DNA from: Lachnospiraceae bacterium
GTDB taxonomy: Bacteria; Bacillota; Clostridia; Lachnospirales; Lachnospiraceae
Direction of reading: 5' to 3'
Assembly: GCA_016280395.1 (NCBI GenBank)
Contig: JAEEGQ010000056.1
Span: 156,181-188,180 of the forward strand
DNA: 32,000 bases
Shown here: positions 14,582 to 25,070 of the stretch, piece by piece
Layout: every line of letters starts with the position of its first letter
Position numbering within the stretch: position 1 is the first letter of the stretch
The notes under the pieces: generated by a model
What the model was told of the DNA's origin: nothing
What the model saw: only the letters and a program-made list of their open reading frames with translations
Database searches by the model: none
Position numbers and translations under genes: made by a program

Positions 14582-15835
14582 TTAGAGCTCGCCAAAATCA
14601 AGTGTTGCGAAGTAATCCTCAACCGTCTCTGCGCGCCTGATCTGCTTTACGCTCCTGTCCGTACGCAGCAGAAGCTCGGCCGAGCGCAGCTTTCCGTTGT
14701 AGTTGTAGCCCATCGAAAAGCCGTGGGCACCCGCATCATAAATGCACATGTAATCGCCGATCTCAACCTCCGGCAGCATCCTGTCTATCGCAAACTTATC
14801 GTTGTTCTCACAAAGGGATCCGGTAACGTCGCACTTATAGGTGCAGGGCGCGTCTTCCTTGCCAAACACCGTGATGTGGTGATATGCCCTGTACATGGCG
14901 GGACGCATCAGGTTTGCCGCGCAGGCGTCAACCCCCACATAATCCTTGTAAATGTGCTTCTCATGAATGACCTTCGTTATAAGCTGGCCGTAAGGCGCGA
15001 GCATATAGCGGCCGAGCTCCGTGTAGATCGCAACATCGCCAAGGCCTGCAGGTACCATTATCTCCTCAAATGCCTTCCTTACGCCTTCTCCGATGGCAAA
15101 AATGTCGTTCGCCGTCTGGTCCGGCCTGTAGGGCACGCCCACGCCGCCCGAAAGATTGATGAACGAGACGGAAACGCCTGTCTTCTCCTTTACTTCCACA
15201 GCAAGCTCGAAAAGCGTGCGCGAAAGCATGGGGTAATAATCGTTTGTGACTGTGTTGCTCACAAGGAACGAATGAATGCCAAACTCCTTTGAGCCAAGCT
15301 CTTTAAGGCGTGTAAAGGCCTCCATCAGCTGGGGCTTTGTCATGCCGTACTTGGCGTCCTCGGGATTGTCCATGATCCCGTTGCTGACCTTGTAAACGCC
15401 GCCGGGATTGTAACGGCAGCAGATGACCTCCGGTACACCGCACTCCCTGTCGAGAAAATCAATAAGGGTGATGTCGTCAAGATTGATGATGGCACCGAGC
15501 TCCTTTGCATAGGAAAACTCGCCCTCCGGCGTGTCGTTTGAGGAAAACATTATCTCCCGCCCCGTGATGCCGCTCCGTTTTGACATCTCGAGCTCGGCGA
15601 AGGTTGCGCAGTCGGTGCCGCAGCCTTCCTCATGGAGGATCTTTAATATATAGGGATTAGGCGTTGCCTTTACAGCAAAAAACTCCTTGTAGCCCTTATT
15701 CCACGCGAAGGCTTTTTTAAGGGCGCGGCAGTTCTCGCGGATGCCTTTTTCGTCATAAATGTGGAAAGGAGTCGGGTACTCCTTTACGATCTGCAGCAAT
15801 TCCTCTTTGCTGATCATTGGTTTCTTAACGTTCAT
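14582..15835 (-). CDS. Group IV PLP-dependent decarboxylase (Orn/DAP/Arg decarboxylase family, DAP-decarboxylase-like)
   Basis: 417 aa with GGAGG 7 nt before the ATG. PTPFHIYDE...FFAVKATPNP carries the PLP lysine context. GCGTDCATFAELE, GGVGVPY and a C-terminal CENNDKF..GAHGFSMGYNYNG are also present. Substrate cannot be assigned from sequence alone. Confidence 0.75.
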   Translation of the reverse strand: MNVKKPMISKEELLQIVKEYPTPFHIYDEKGIRENCRALKKAFAWNKGYKEFFAVKATPNPYILKILHEEGCGTDCATFAELEMSKRSGITGREIMFSSNDTPEGEFSYAKELGAIINLDDITLIDFLDRECGVPEVICCRYNPGGVYKVSNGIMDNPEDAKYGMTKPQLMEAFTRLKELGSKEFGIHSFLVSNTVTNDYYPMLSRTLFELAVEVKEKTGVSVSFINLSGGVGVPYRPDQTANDIFAIGEGVRKAFEEIMVPAGLGDVAIYTELGRYMLAPYGQLITKVIHEKHIYKDYVGVDACAANLMRPAMYRAYHHITVFGKEDAPCTYKCDVTGSLCENNDKFAIDRMLPEVEIGDYMCIYDAGAHGFSMGYNYNGKLRSAELLLRTDRSVKQIRRAETVEDYFATLDFGEL

Positions 15836-16055
15836 TTAAGCACCTCCGGGTCCGTTTTTCTCCCGTTTAATACGCTGTCGCTCTCTGTTATACTACATTT
15901 TCGCAAATCTTTCAACCGTTTTACCACATTAAAGCGATAAAATTTTTACTGTACTTTTGACTTTTTTTCTGTTATTATATCAAAAACAAGCAGGCGAACA
16001 TTAAGGCGCCCGGGAAAACCGCCCGTCCCGGCGGGCTCTGGCAAAGGAGAAAATA

Positions 16056-17336
16056 ATGACCATCGCAGAACTTACAAGGACAATGAAACTGACAAGCAGT
16101 CCCGCTCTTTCAGCAAGCAGCGAGGAACTGCGCAATAACGCCCTTCGCGCCATTGCCGATGCCTTAAAAGCCGGCAGGGAAAAGATCTTTGAGGCCAATG
16201 CCAAAGATCTTGCAAATGCCGATGCGACAGGTGTTCCGACTCCTGTAAAAAAGAGGCTTAAATTTGATGAAAGCAAGCTTTCCGCCTGTCTTTCGGGGAT
16301 CAAAGACCTTTGCAGCCTTCCCGACCCCTTAGGTAAAGTGACTCTTAACCGCGAGCTCGATGAGGGCCTTGTTTTAACGCGTCTTACCTGCCCTATAGGT
16401 GTTATCGGTGTTATCTTCGAAGCGCGTCCCGATGCTCTTGTTCAGATATCGACTCTCTGCCTTAAATCCGGCAACTGCGCTGTGTTAAAGGGCGGAAGCG
16501 AGACCAGGACCACCAACCGCGTTCTTTTTGATATCATTTATAAAGCCGCCGTTGATGCCGGTCTTCCCGAAAACTGCCTTGCGCTTTGTGAGGAGCGCTC
16601 CGAGATTTCCGAACTGCTCAAATGCGAAGGGAACGTCGACCTTATCATCCCGCGCGGTTCAAATGCCTTTGTGCGCTACATAATGGACAACACCCACATC
16701 CCGGTTATGGGTCATGCAGACGGTATCTGCCACACCTACATAGACAGCGCGGCAGACTTGGGTAAAGCCGTAAAGATCGTTACAGACGCCAAAACCCAGT
16801 ATGTTTCCGTATGTAATGCAACGGAAACGCTGCTTGTAAACAGAGCCGTTGTAAACACCATCCTTCCGAAAGTCCGCGACGCGCTCCTTGAAAAAAACGT
16901 TAAGCTCCGCCATACAGCAGAGCTTGAACCGGTTCTTCACGGCGAGGTCATCGCCGACGACGATTTTGCCAATGAGTATCTCGACTATATCCTTGCGGTC
17001 AAGGCCGTTGATTCCGTTGATGAAGCGATAGCGCACATCAACCGCTACGGTTCCCACCACACAGATGCCATAATCACGGAAAATAAAGCCGCTGCCGACA
17101 GATTCTGCGCTCTTGTGGATTCTGCCGACTGCTTCGTAAACTGCTCCACCCGTTTTGCCGACGGTTACAGATTCGGCTTCGGGGCAGAAGTGGGCATCAG
17201 CACCGGGAAGCTGCACGCCAGAGGTCCTGTAGGTCTCGAAGGTCTTGTTACCTACAAATACAGGCTTGAAGGCAACGGCCATATCGTTGCGGATTATGCC
17301 GAAGGCAGGAGCGCCTTTCATTTCAAGGATCTTTGA
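16056..17336 (+). CDS. proA: Glutamate-5-semialdehyde dehydrogenase (gamma-glutamyl phosphate reductase)
   Basis: 426 aa with AAGGAG RBS. It is colinear with ProA: N-terminal ..RNNALRAIADAL..IFEANAKDL, FEARPDA, PRGS, CNATETLLV and the C-terminal STRFADGYRFGFGAEVGIST. Confidence 0.9.
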   Translation: MTIAELTRTMKLTSSPALSASSEELRNNALRAIADALKAGREKIFEANAKDLANADATGVPTPVKKRLKFDESKLSACLSGIKDLCSLPDPLGKVTLNRELDEGLVLTRLTCPIGVIGVIFEARPDALVQISTLCLKSGNCAVLKGGSETRTTNRVLFDIIYKAAVDAGLPENCLALCEERSEISELLKCEGNVDLIIPRGSNAFVRYIMDNTHIPVMGHADGICHTYIDSAADLGKAVKIVTDAKTQYVSVCNATETLLVNRAVVNTILPKVRDALLEKNVKLRHTAELEPVLHGEVIADDDFANEYLDYILAVKAVDSVDEAIAHINRYGSHHTDAIITENKAAADRFCALVDSADCFVNCSTRFADGYRFGFGAEVGISTGKLHARGPVGLEGLVTYKYRLEGNGHIVADYAEGRSAFHFKDL

Positions 17337-17535
17337 TGCGGGGAGTAGAAAGTTGCTGCACCTGTAACAACCAAATCCATCTCCTTTTATCCCGTATAAA
17401 CCCCGATCAATCGAGTAGGCTGACTCCTACTCGATTCGACGGGTCATCTCGCGTACGAAGTCCGCTCAATGACCGTTCGCTCAGCCCTCGTCCAGCAAGC
17501 GAGCTTGCTGCCGAGGGCATTCGCTTATCGCACAG

Positions 17536-17570
17536 AAAAAAGCCCGGGCAGTCATTCCTGCCCGGGCTTT
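17536..17570 (-). terminator. Rho-independent terminator of the chemoreceptor gene; may also stop proA transcripts
   Basis: AGCCCGGGCAG-tcattc-CTGCCCGGGCT is an 11-bp GC-rich stem. It is followed by TTTTTT on the minus strand and TTT on the plus strand. Confidence 0.7.
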
Positions 17571-17590
17571 GGTATTCATGAAATTCTGTT

Positions 17591-19306
17591 TTACAGACCT
17601 ACTCTGAACTGAGCTGTAAGCTCGTCGAGTTTCTGTGCTACCTGCTTCATTTCCTCGCTCATATCCTGAACGTTCTTTGTAGCTTCGGAAATCTGCATGA
17701 TGGAAGCACTTGTTTCCTCTGCGGAAGCGGCATTCTCCTGGGAGATCGCCGACAGGCTCGTAATGTTCTCGTTAAGGCCGTTGCAGAGCTTCTGAACTTC
17801 ATCGGCATTCTGCTTAACATTTTCAACCGTCTCACGGGTCTTTGCGATCTCGCCGATGAGGGTCTCAAGGCTGTTCTGTGAAGCCTTGCTGGTCTCTTCC
17901 TGCTTGTCCATCATAGCGGACATGTCGCGTACCATGTTAACGGCACCATCTGTCTCATCCTTAAGGTTGGACATGATGTCACGGATCTTGACTGCTGCAT
18001 TGTTGGACTGATCGGCAAGTGTCGAGATCTCGCCTGCAACAACTGCGAATCCACGGCCTGCCTCACCTGCTCTTGCTGCCTCGATGGAAGCATTAAGAGA
18101 AAGGAGGTTGGTCTGGGATGCGATGCTGTTGATGTCATTAGCAGCTGTGGTAACGGTCTCAACCGCATCCTGTACGTGTTTCATCTTCTCGATGATCTCT
18201 TTAAGTTTCTCTATGGTAGTAGCTGTGTTCTTAAGAAGGATCTTGAAGTTGTCGTCAACTTCGTCGGAATTCTTCTTCATCTCTGCAGCGCACTCTTCGG
18301 TCTTCTTAACGCTCTCGTTGATCTCTTCAACGGTCTGAACGATCTCGGCAACCTCTCTTGCAGATGTTTCAACTTCCTGAGCCTGTGTTGTAGCACCGTT
18401 TGCAATGCCTTCAACCGCATTGGTGAGCTCTGTCATGGACTGAGCGGATTCACCGGCTGCCGTATCAAGGCCTTCGGCTCCCTTAACAAGAATGCCGATG
18501 TTCTCTTTAACGCCGCCGATAGCTTCGGTGAAGCTTTCCTTAAGCGAGTTGACATTCTTGACCATATCTCCGACTGCATCCGGACGATTGATACCGTCTG
18601 ATGCGGGCTCTCTTGTGAAATCGCCTTCCGCAAGATCGTTGCAAACCTTCGAAACACCGAGGATTGCACGGCTGATGGTCCTTACAACGAAGACCGCGAT
18701 CGTAACGGTGATCGCAAGGATCGCAACTGCGATAAGAACGGTGCTGATGATCGCATCTCTTACACTCTTCTGGAAGGTATCCCTCGGAATACCCGTAAAT
18801 ACCATACCGCAGGTCTTGCCGTCCGGCTGTTTAAGAGGAAGGTAAGCAACTACGCAGTCTTTTCCGGCAACGGGGGTCTTTAAGGATGTAAATTCCTTTC
18901 CGCCCCTGTATACATCTGCGATTACCGCATCAGTAGCCTTTCCGCCTGCTCTCGCTCCGTCTGTTCCTATAACGGACGTGAGCCTTCTTGTATCCTCATA
19001 GAAGATCGTCACATAGATTCCCGTATCCCTGGTGTACTGGTCGAATATCGGGAGAAAATATGAAAGATCCTTGCCGTCTGCATACATGACACCGTTTTCG
19101 TCAATAGAGAACTGCTCGGTTGCAAGCTGTTCAAATACAGCTTTGAAAGCTCTTGTCGCACCCTGGAGCTTTTCGATGGTGGATTTGTTCATCGAATCGG
19201 AAAGCTTCGTAGCTGAAATGATCGTAAGAGCGATACTTGCTACAAGAACCGGTAAAAGCACAAGGGTTATCAGCCTTGCTGTAAAACTCTTTTTAAATTT
19301 GTTCAT
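17591..19306 (-). CDS. Methyl-accepting chemotaxis protein
   Basis: 571 aa with two TM segments flanking an extracellular sensor of about 150 aa, then a HAMP-like linker. The conserved signalling hairpin [27 protein letters not shown] is present. AGGAGG RBS. Confidence 0.9.
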   Translation of the reverse strand: MNKFKKSFTARLITLVLLPVLVASIALTIISATKLSDSMNKSTIEKLQGATRAFKAVFEQLATEQFSIDENGVMYADGKDLSYFLPIFDQYTRDTGIYVTIFYEDTRRLTSVIGTDGARAGGKATDAVIADVYRGGKEFTSLKTPVAGKDCVVAYLPLKQPDGKTCGMVFTGIPRDTFQKSVRDAIISTVLIAVAILAITVTIAVFVVRTISRAILGVSKVCNDLAEGDFTREPASDGINRPDAVGDMVKNVNSLKESFTEAIGGVKENIGILVKGAEGLDTAAGESAQSMTELTNAVEGIANGATTQAQEVETSAREVAEIVQTVEEINESVKKTEECAAEMKKNSDEVDDNFKILLKNTATTIEKLKEIIEKMKHVQDAVETVTTAANDINSIASQTNLLSLNASIEAARAGEAGRGFAVVAGEISTLADQSNNAAVKIRDIMSNLKDETDGAVNMVRDMSAMMDKQEETSKASQNSLETLIGEIAKTRETVENVKQNADEVQKLCNGLNENITSLSAISQENAASAEETSASIMQISEATKNVQDMSEEMKQVAQKLDELTAQFRVGL

Positions 19307-19353
19307 TGCTACCTCCTATGAAGTGAAAAAATACTTGTACTACTTTATCCTCG

Positions 19354-19382
19354 ATTATAAGCATTCAAGGCAAGTAATGCAA
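19354..19382 (-). promoter_or_regulatory. Candidate promoter of the chemoreceptor gene
   Basis: The minus strand reads TTGCAT (19382-19377), a 17-nt spacer, then TATAAT (19359-19354). Confidence 0.5.
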
Positions 19383-19427
19383 GTATTTTTTGATAAATTC
19401 AATGTATTTTTCTGTCCCACATATGAA

Positions 19428-20435
19428 TTATCTGTCTTCTCTGAAATAAGCTGTCCCGAGCGCTGCCGGCGGACGGCTCTCCTTCTTCATCCTGAAGCTT
19501 ACTGCGATCAATACGACTATAGTCACTATGTATGGTGTCATGCTCCAGATATTCTGCGATATGGTTATCCCTGTGATGAAGGTTGGCGCATATGCTCCGG
19601 CTTTCGAGAGGAAGCCGAAAAGATACCCGCCCCAGATCGCGTTGACAGGCTTCCAGGTTGCAAAGATGACAAGCGCGACCGCAAGCCAGCCCATTCCCTC
19701 GATGTCAAGCGCCGTTGACCACTGGACGTTGTTTATGACAAGGTACAGGAAACCGCCGATGCCCGATATCGCAGAACCTGCAAGGATCGCAGAGTACTTG
19801 TATCTTGTAACGTTAATGCCCATTGCATCCGCGGTTCCGGGATTTTCGCCTATGGCGCGGAGGTTTAGCCCCTGGTGTGTGCGGTAAAAGAAAAGCTGCA
19901 GAAGCACGGCAAGGATCACCGCAAGATAAACGAGAAAACCGTAGTTGAACAGCAGCTTTCCCACAACACCGAGGTCTGTTGACAAGAACGGGATCTTGGC
20001 GTTGAAAACATCATCCGCTACAGCGGAACGTATAGCTGTACTGCCGCTCTTTGCGCTGATCACGCTTCCAAAGTGCTTTGCAAGGCCTGCTCCGAAGGTC
20101 GTGAGCGTAATGCCCGTAACATTCTGGTTCGCTTTAAGCGTGATCGTAAGAAATGCGTAAATAAGGCCCGCAAGTGTTGCCGCAACCACAGAGGACACAA
20201 GCCCAAGCAGCAGCATCACGAATTTGGACGGGTTTTCGGTGCTCTGTTCGTAAAGAAAAGTTGAGGCAAATCCCGAAATGCCGCCGCAGAGCATTATTCC
20301 GGGAACACCGAGGTTAAGGTGTCCGGCTTTTTCCGTAAGGATCTCGCCCATGGCACCGTACAGGATAACGCTTCCGAAGTTGACTGCCATAACGATCCAG
20401 CCCAGCATACTGTCTGCGTTCCAGATTATTCCCAT
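19428..20435 (-). CDS. ABC transporter permease (BMP/nucleoside-type, second permease)
   Basis: Polytopic membrane protein. ATG 20435 is preceded by GGAGGG and sits 1 nt after the upstream gene's stop; the track's start at 20474 overlaps that gene. It resembles the YufQ/NupQ-like partner of BMP systems. Confidence 0.8.
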   Translation of the reverse strand: MGIIWNADSMLGWIVMAVNFGSVILYGAMGEILTEKAGHLNLGVPGIMLCGGISGFASTFLYEQSTENPSKFVMLLLGLVSSVVAATLAGLIYAFLTITLKANQNVTGITLTTFGAGLAKHFGSVISAKSGSTAIRSAVADDVFNAKIPFLSTDLGVVGKLLFNYGFLVYLAVILAVLLQLFFYRTHQGLNLRAIGENPGTADAMGINVTRYKYSAILAGSAISGIGGFLYLVINNVQWSTALDIEGMGWLAVALVIFATWKPVNAIWGGYLFGFLSKAGAYAPTFITGITISQNIWSMTPYIVTIVVLIAVSFRMKKESRPPAALGTAYFREDR

Positions 20436-20436
20436 G

Positions 20437-21540
20437 TTATTTGCCCTCCTTTTCGTGATTTTTGCGGAAAACAAGGCGGTAGTTTATAAAGAACTCACTG
20501 CCTATAAGGAAGAAGAGGATGATCCCCGAAATGACATACGACAAGTATTCCGTGGCATTGGCATTCATGCTGCTTATCTCCGATGCGGCATTCTGGAAGA
20601 ATACCATCATGAACGAAGTCCCTATCATCGTGAAGGGATTGAATTTTGCAAGCCATGCGACAACTATTGCGGTAAAGCCGAAGCCGTTGTTCATGGTGCT
20701 CGACAGCGTGAAGTCGATGCCGGAAACGGTAAGGAATCCGCACAGGCCGCAGACAGCGCCGGAAAGAAGTATCGTGCGGATCATGACCGCCTTAACGTTT
20801 ATCCCGGCGTAAACCGCCGTTTTTTCGGATTCGCCGACAACCGCGATCTCGTAGCCATGCTTTGTGCGCTTCATGTAGATATACATAAGGCAAACGAGCA
20901 GCAGGACTATGGCGGTGCATATATAGAAGTTCTCGTTTAAGACAGCCGGCATTACAGCATTTTTGGCTATCTGCTTGAACGAAGCGAAGCCCGAGCTCTC
21001 GCCCTTCCATTTATCCACGCTGTACATTACCGCAAAGGTGGCAATGTAGTTCATCATAAGGGTGAACAGCGTTTCGTTGGTGTTCCAGAAAGCACGGAAG
21101 ATCGCGGGGATAACGCCCCATATTGCGCCGGCGAGCAGGCCCGCAAGCCCCATGAGAGGGATAAGCAATCCGCCCGGAAGGTGTCTGAAGGTCAGAGCCA
21201 CAAAGGAAGCGGCGAGCGCGCCCACAAGCATCTGTCCCTGGGCCCCGATATTCCAGAATTTCATCTTGAACGCGGGCGCAAGGCCGATCCCAAGGCACAG
21301 GAGCGGTGTCATCAGCTTTATGGTATTGCGGATTCTTCTTGGTGTTCCGAAGGAGCCGGTTATCATGGAACTGTAGATCTTAAAAGGGTTGATACCGGTC
21401 ACGGCAAAGACGAGCACGCCCGTCACGATAAGAGCCGCAACGACGGCAAAAATGCGTATCAGCCACTTTTTCAGCATTGGCGTGTCTTCTTTTCTGATCA
21501 CATGTACAAAGGGTTCTTTTGCAGTTTTAGTTTGTGCCAT
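20437..21540 (-). CDS. ABC transporter permease (BMP/nucleoside-type, first permease)
   Basis: 367 aa and polytopic. The start overlaps the ATPase gene's end by 14 nt, with GGAGGGGAG upstream. Confidence 0.8.
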   Translation of the reverse strand: MAQTKTAKEPFVHVIRKEDTPMLKKWLIRIFAVVAALIVTGVLVFAVTGINPFKIYSSMITGSFGTPRRIRNTIKLMTPLLCLGIGLAPAFKMKFWNIGAQGQMLVGALAASFVALTFRHLPGGLLIPLMGLAGLLAGAIWGVIPAIFRAFWNTNETLFTLMMNYIATFAVMYSVDKWKGESSGFASFKQIAKNAVMPAVLNENFYICTAIVLLLVCLMYIYMKRTKHGYEIAVVGESEKTAVYAGINVKAVMIRTILLSGAVCGLCGFLTVSGIDFTLSSTMNNGFGFTAIVVAWLAKFNPFTMIGTSFMMVFFQNAASEISSMNANATEYLSYVISGIILFFLIGSEFFINYRLVFRKNHEKEGK

Positions 21541-23080
21541 TCTGCTCCCCTCCTTCCATGCCGCCGGTCATCAGCAGGCCGACCTGTTCCTTTGTGCAGG
21601 TCCGCGCGTCGAGCAGGCCTGTGATCCTGCCTTCGCACATAACAAGTATCCTGTCCGAGAGGGCAAGCAGCACATCGAGGTCTTCGCCGACGAAGATGAC
21701 CGCAACGCCCTTCTGTTTCTGTTCGTTTATAAGATGGTAAATGGTAAATGATGTGTTGATATCGAGCCCGCGGACCGCATACGCCGTCATGAGCACCTGC
21801 GGGGCAGCGGCTATCTCACGTCCTACAAGCACCTTCTGGACATTTCCGCCCGAAAGCTTTCTGACGGGAGTTGCGATATCCGGCGTCTGGACCTCAAGCT
21901 CCTCTTTAATATTTCCGGCAAGCTCTCTCGGAGCCTTCTGCTCAAGGAAGATGGAATTTCCGTTTTCGTAGGATTTGAGCATCATGTTCTCGCTCATGCC
22001 CATAGAACCCACAAGTCCCATGCCTAGGCGGTCTTCGGGAACGAAGGAGAGGACCACGCCAAGCTCTCTTATCTGCTTTGGATTCCTGCCGACAAGCTCT
22101 GTCGGGGCGTCTGCTCCGGAGGGGAGATATTCGATGCTTCCGCTCTCTACCGCGGCAAGGCCCGCAACAGCCTCAAGCAGCTCCTTCTGTCCGCATCCCG
22201 AAATACCGGCTATGCCGAGTATCTCGCCGCCGTTTGCGACAAACGAGACATCCTTTAATGCGAGGTTTCCTTCTCTGTCCCTTACCGAAAGATTCTTGAT
22301 CTCAAGGCGTTTTACGGGATTGACGGGATCCGGTCTTTCTATGTTCAGATCGACCTTCCTGCCCATCATCATCTCTGTGAGGATCTTCTCGTTCGCGTCC
22401 TTTGTGGCGATGCTGTCAACACATTCGCCTTTGCGAAGGATCGCCACGCGGTCGGATACGCTAAGCACCTCCTGCAGCTTGTGGGTGATGATGACAATGG
22501 CTTTTCCGGCGTCACGCATATTCTTTATGACCTTGAAAAGCTTCTCGGCTTCCTGCGGGGTAAGCACCGCCGTAGGCTCATCAAGTATCAGGATATTTGC
22601 GCCCCTGTAGAGGATCTTGACTATCTCTAGTGTCTGCTTCTGCGACACGTTCATGTCATAGACCTTTTTTTCGAAATCTATTTCAAAGCCGTATTTATCA
22701 CAGATCTCGCGGATCTTAGCGACTGTTTCTTTCCTGTTTATGCGCATTCCGGTGTGTTCTTCGCCGAGTATGATATTCTCTGCCGCAGTGAACACATCTA
22801 TCAGCTTAAAATGCTGGTGCACCATGCCTATCCCGTTGTCAAAGGCATCTTTCGGCGAGCGGATCTGCACCGGTCTGCCATCGATGAATATCTCGCCTTC
22901 ATCCGGATAATAGATGCCTGCGAGCATGTTCATCAGCGTAGTCTTTCCGCTGCCGTTCTCACCGAGGAGCGACAGTATCTCGCCGTGACGTATCTCAAGA
23001 TCGACATTGCTGTTTGCCGCCACATGCCCAAAGGTCTTTGATATCCCTTTAAGCCTTACTGCTGCGTTGTTTTCGGACAT
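21527..23080 (-). CDS. ABC transporter ATP-binding protein with duplicated ABC cassettes
   Basis: 517 aa. Walker A is GENGSGKTT. The first cassette shows LILDEPTAVL. The second has the signature LSGGNVQKV and a degenerate Walker A, as is typical of sugar/nucleoside-type importers. Confidence 0.9.
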   Translation of the reverse strand: MSENNAAVRLKGISKTFGHVAANSNVDLEIRHGEILSLLGENGSGKTTLMNMLAGIYYPDEGEIFIDGRPVQIRSPKDAFDNGIGMVHQHFKLIDVFTAAENIILGEEHTGMRINRKETVAKIREICDKYGFEIDFEKKVYDMNVSQKQTLEIVKILYRGANILILDEPTAVLTPQEAEKLFKVIKNMRDAGKAIVIITHKLQEVLSVSDRVAILRKGECVDSIATKDANEKILTEMMMGRKVDLNIERPDPVNPVKRLEIKNLSVRDREGNLALKDVSFVANGGEILGIAGISGCGQKELLEAVAGLAAVESGSIEYLPSGADAPTELVGRNPKQIRELGVVLSFVPEDRLGMGLVGSMGMSENMMLKSYENGNSIFLEQKAPRELAGNIKEELEVQTPDIATPVRKLSGGNVQKVLVGREIAAAPQVLMTAYAVRGLDINTSFTIYHLINEQKQKGVAVIFVGEDLDVLLALSDRILVMCEGRITGLLDARTCTKEQVGLLMTGGMEGGEQNGTN

Positions 23081-23096
23081 ATCCGTTCTCCTTCAT

Positions 23097-23131
23097 AAAA
23101 ACCCCAAAAGGGAAACCGGCAAGGGTTTCCC
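23097..23131 (-). terminator. Intercistronic hairpin/attenuator between the binding-protein and ATPase genes
   Basis: The minus strand reads GGGAAAC-ccttgcc-GGTTTCCC followed by TTTTGGGGTTTTT. A second hairpin, GAAACCG-7nt-CGGTTTC, lies at 23194-23214. This layout is common after ABC binding-protein genes. Confidence 0.4.
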
Positions 23132-23215
23132 TTCGGGAAAAAACTCATTGTTTGTTTTTGATCGCAAAAACCGTGTGTTCCCGCAACCTTTAAGAAACCG
23201 GCCTGTACGGTTTCC

Positions 23216-24472
23216 TTAGTTAAGCTCCGTGATGCCGTCGATCCTTACAGAGAAGTAAGGAGCGGAACGGATAACGGACTCTTCGATGTAGCCGTTCTTT
23301 ACAGTCTCAAGTGTCTGGCCCTGGTATACAACGCGGGGAGCTTCACCCGAGAAGTCAAGGTATGAGAAATCAACCATGTTGGTGGAAATCTTTGCGCCGT
23401 TTACGGTAAAGGTGTTAAGATCGAATACGTGAACGGAACCGTTCTTGATGCCGTTTACTACTTCATCAACCTTAGCCTGTGTACCTGCTGCTGCAGATGT
23501 GCCAAGCTTTGTGATGGCAACGGAACCGGACTCATAGCCCTGTGCCCAGTCCTGCTCGAGTGTCTTGCCTTCCATAACGGTCTTGATGGCATGCTCGTAA
23601 TAAACTTCCCAGTTGTTTGTAGCAGATGTAAGGGCAGCCTTGGGAGCAGCGGGAAGCATGTCAACGTTGTAACCTACAGAGAAAACGACTTTGCCGTTCT
23701 TTGCTGCATCTTCACATGCTGTGGGTGCGCCTGTCGAATCCGCATGCTGTCCGATGATGACGCAGCCTGCGTCGATAAGAGCATTTGCAACGCTCTTCTC
23801 ATCTTCGTAGTTGAACCAGCTCTTTGTGTACTGAACGCTCATGGAAACGTTGGATACAACGGAGCGGATGCCAAGGAAGAAAGCGGTGTAACCGGAAACA
23901 ACCTCTGCGTAGGGGTAAGCGCCTACATAGCCGATCTTGATGTTGCCGTTTGCATCAAACGCGTTGGGTGTAGCTGTCTTTGAAACAGTGCCTGCGTCAA
24001 CAAGCTCTTTCAGCTTAAGACCTGCAACAACGCCCGATACATAACGGGATTCATATACTTTTGTGAACGCGTTGCAAAGGTTCGGGATGCCGCTGATAGC
24101 AGCGAAGTCGCCTGTCATTGCAACAAACGTAACGTCCTTGTACTTGGGAGCAACTTCGGCCATATAGTTCTGGTGACCGTAGCTGTTAGAGATAACGATC
24201 TTGCAGCCCTTGTCAACAAGGTCTTCTGCTGCATTGGCACAGTCGGATGTCTCGGGAACGCTGTATTTCCACTCGATCTGGCTGTCACTTAAGCCAAGCT
24301 TCTTGGCTGCTGCCTGGATGCCGTCGATATGAGCCTTCGTGTAGCCCTCGGTTGCGTCGCCGACAAGGATAACGCCGACCTTAAAATCGGTGTTCTTGTT
24401 TCCGCATGCGGTAAGACCTGCGCCAAGCACGATCATGACTGCTGCAAGGATAAGTGCGGTAATTCTTTTCAT
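23216..24472 (-). CDS. BMP family (PnrA/Med-like) ABC substrate-binding lipoprotein
   Basis: 418 aa with signal peptide plus lipobox MKRITALILAAVMIVLGAGLTACGN. VGVILVGD...GYT..H and GYVGA..Y.EV..G match the basic membrane protein family pattern. Confidence 0.85.
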   Translation of the reverse strand: MKRITALILAAVMIVLGAGLTACGNKNTDFKVGVILVGDATEGYTKAHIDGIQAAAKKLGLSDSQIEWKYSVPETSDCANAAEDLVDKGCKIVISNSYGHQNYMAEVAPKYKDVTFVAMTGDFAAISGIPNLCNAFTKVYESRYVSGVVAGLKLKELVDAGTVSKTATPNAFDANGNIKIGYVGAYPYAEVVSGYTAFFLGIRSVVSNVSMSVQYTKSWFNYEDEKSVANALIDAGCVIIGQHADSTGAPTACEDAAKNGKVVFSVGYNVDMLPAAPKAALTSATNNWEVYYEHAIKTVMEGKTLEQDWAQGYESGSVAITKLGTSAAAGTQAKVDEVVNGIKNGSVHVFDLNTFTVNGAKISTNMVDFSYLDFSGEAPRVVYQGQTLETVKNGYIEESVIRSAPYFSVRIDGITELN

Positions 24473-24500
24473 GGTTCTCCTCCACGTAGAAAATAATAAA

Positions 24501-25070
24501 TCAGCCGAAAACGATCCCGTCTTCGGATAATTTCAGTATCTTTGCCAGAGCCTCTACCCTGTAGCCTTTGGCTCTGAGCGCATTGCCGCCACCCTGATAT
24601 TCCTTCTCTATTACGACCGCTGCCCCCGCCACGGTCGCCCCTGCCTTCTCAACGATCTTTGCAAGTGCCGAAAGAGCTGCGCCGCGCGCCAAAAAATCGT
24701 CCACAAGGAGGACCTTGTCGCCGGCATTGATGTATTCTTTCGATACCACTATGTTGTTTTCTTTCTGATGGGTATAGGACCACGCAGGCTCGCTGTAGAG
24801 CGCCCCGTCAAGATTCGTGGTCTGGTGTTTTTTCGCAAAAACAAGCGGCACACCTAACTGCTGTGCCACAAGCGTTGCAATGGAGATACCCGAAGCTTCC
24901 ACGGTAAGTACCAGTGTGATCTCGGTATCTGAAAAAAGACGCTTGACTTCTTTTGCCATTTCAGTGGAAAAGCTTACGTCAATGCGATGATTAATAAAGC
25001 TGTCGACTCGCAAAATGTCCCCTGCGCTGACTTTGCCTTCAGCCAGGATGCGTTCTTCAAGTAATTTCAT
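24501..25070 (-). CDS. xpt: Xanthine phosphoribosyltransferase
   Basis: 189 aa, colinear with B. subtilis Xpt: L..RI..EG.V....ILKVDSFLNH.ID, VPVVFA.KH, and LLVDDFLA.G.A as the PRPP loop. It lies 28 nt upstream of the BMP gene. Confidence 0.9.
   Translation of the reverse strand: MKLLEERILAEGKVSAGDILRVDSFINHRIDVSFSTEMAKEVKRLFSDTEITLVLTVEASGISIATLVAQQLGVPLVFAKKHQTTNLDGALYSEPAWSYTHQKENNIVVSKEYINAGDKVLLVDDFLARGAALSALAKIVEKAGATVAGAAVVIEKEYQGGGNALRAKGYRVEALAKILKLSEDGIVFG

Noticed and set aside
14531-15292. 253-aa plus-strand ORF
   Set aside because: It is fully antisense to the well-supported PLP decarboxylase gene. Its composition is Arg/His/Val-rich with no motifs or RBS.
15836-15960. Lysine (L-box) riboswitch upstream of the DAP-decarboxylase-like gene
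   Set aside because: A TTGAAA-17-TATAAC promoter leaves a leader of only about 50 nt, with no L-box elements. For this reason I also did not assign the symbol lysA.
17659-18845. Several 60-140-aa ORFs on both strands inside the chemoreceptor gene
   Set aside because: They are alternative-frame or antisense shadows of a repetitive Ala/Glu/Thr-rich coiled-coil coding region. None has an RBS or a recognisable motif.
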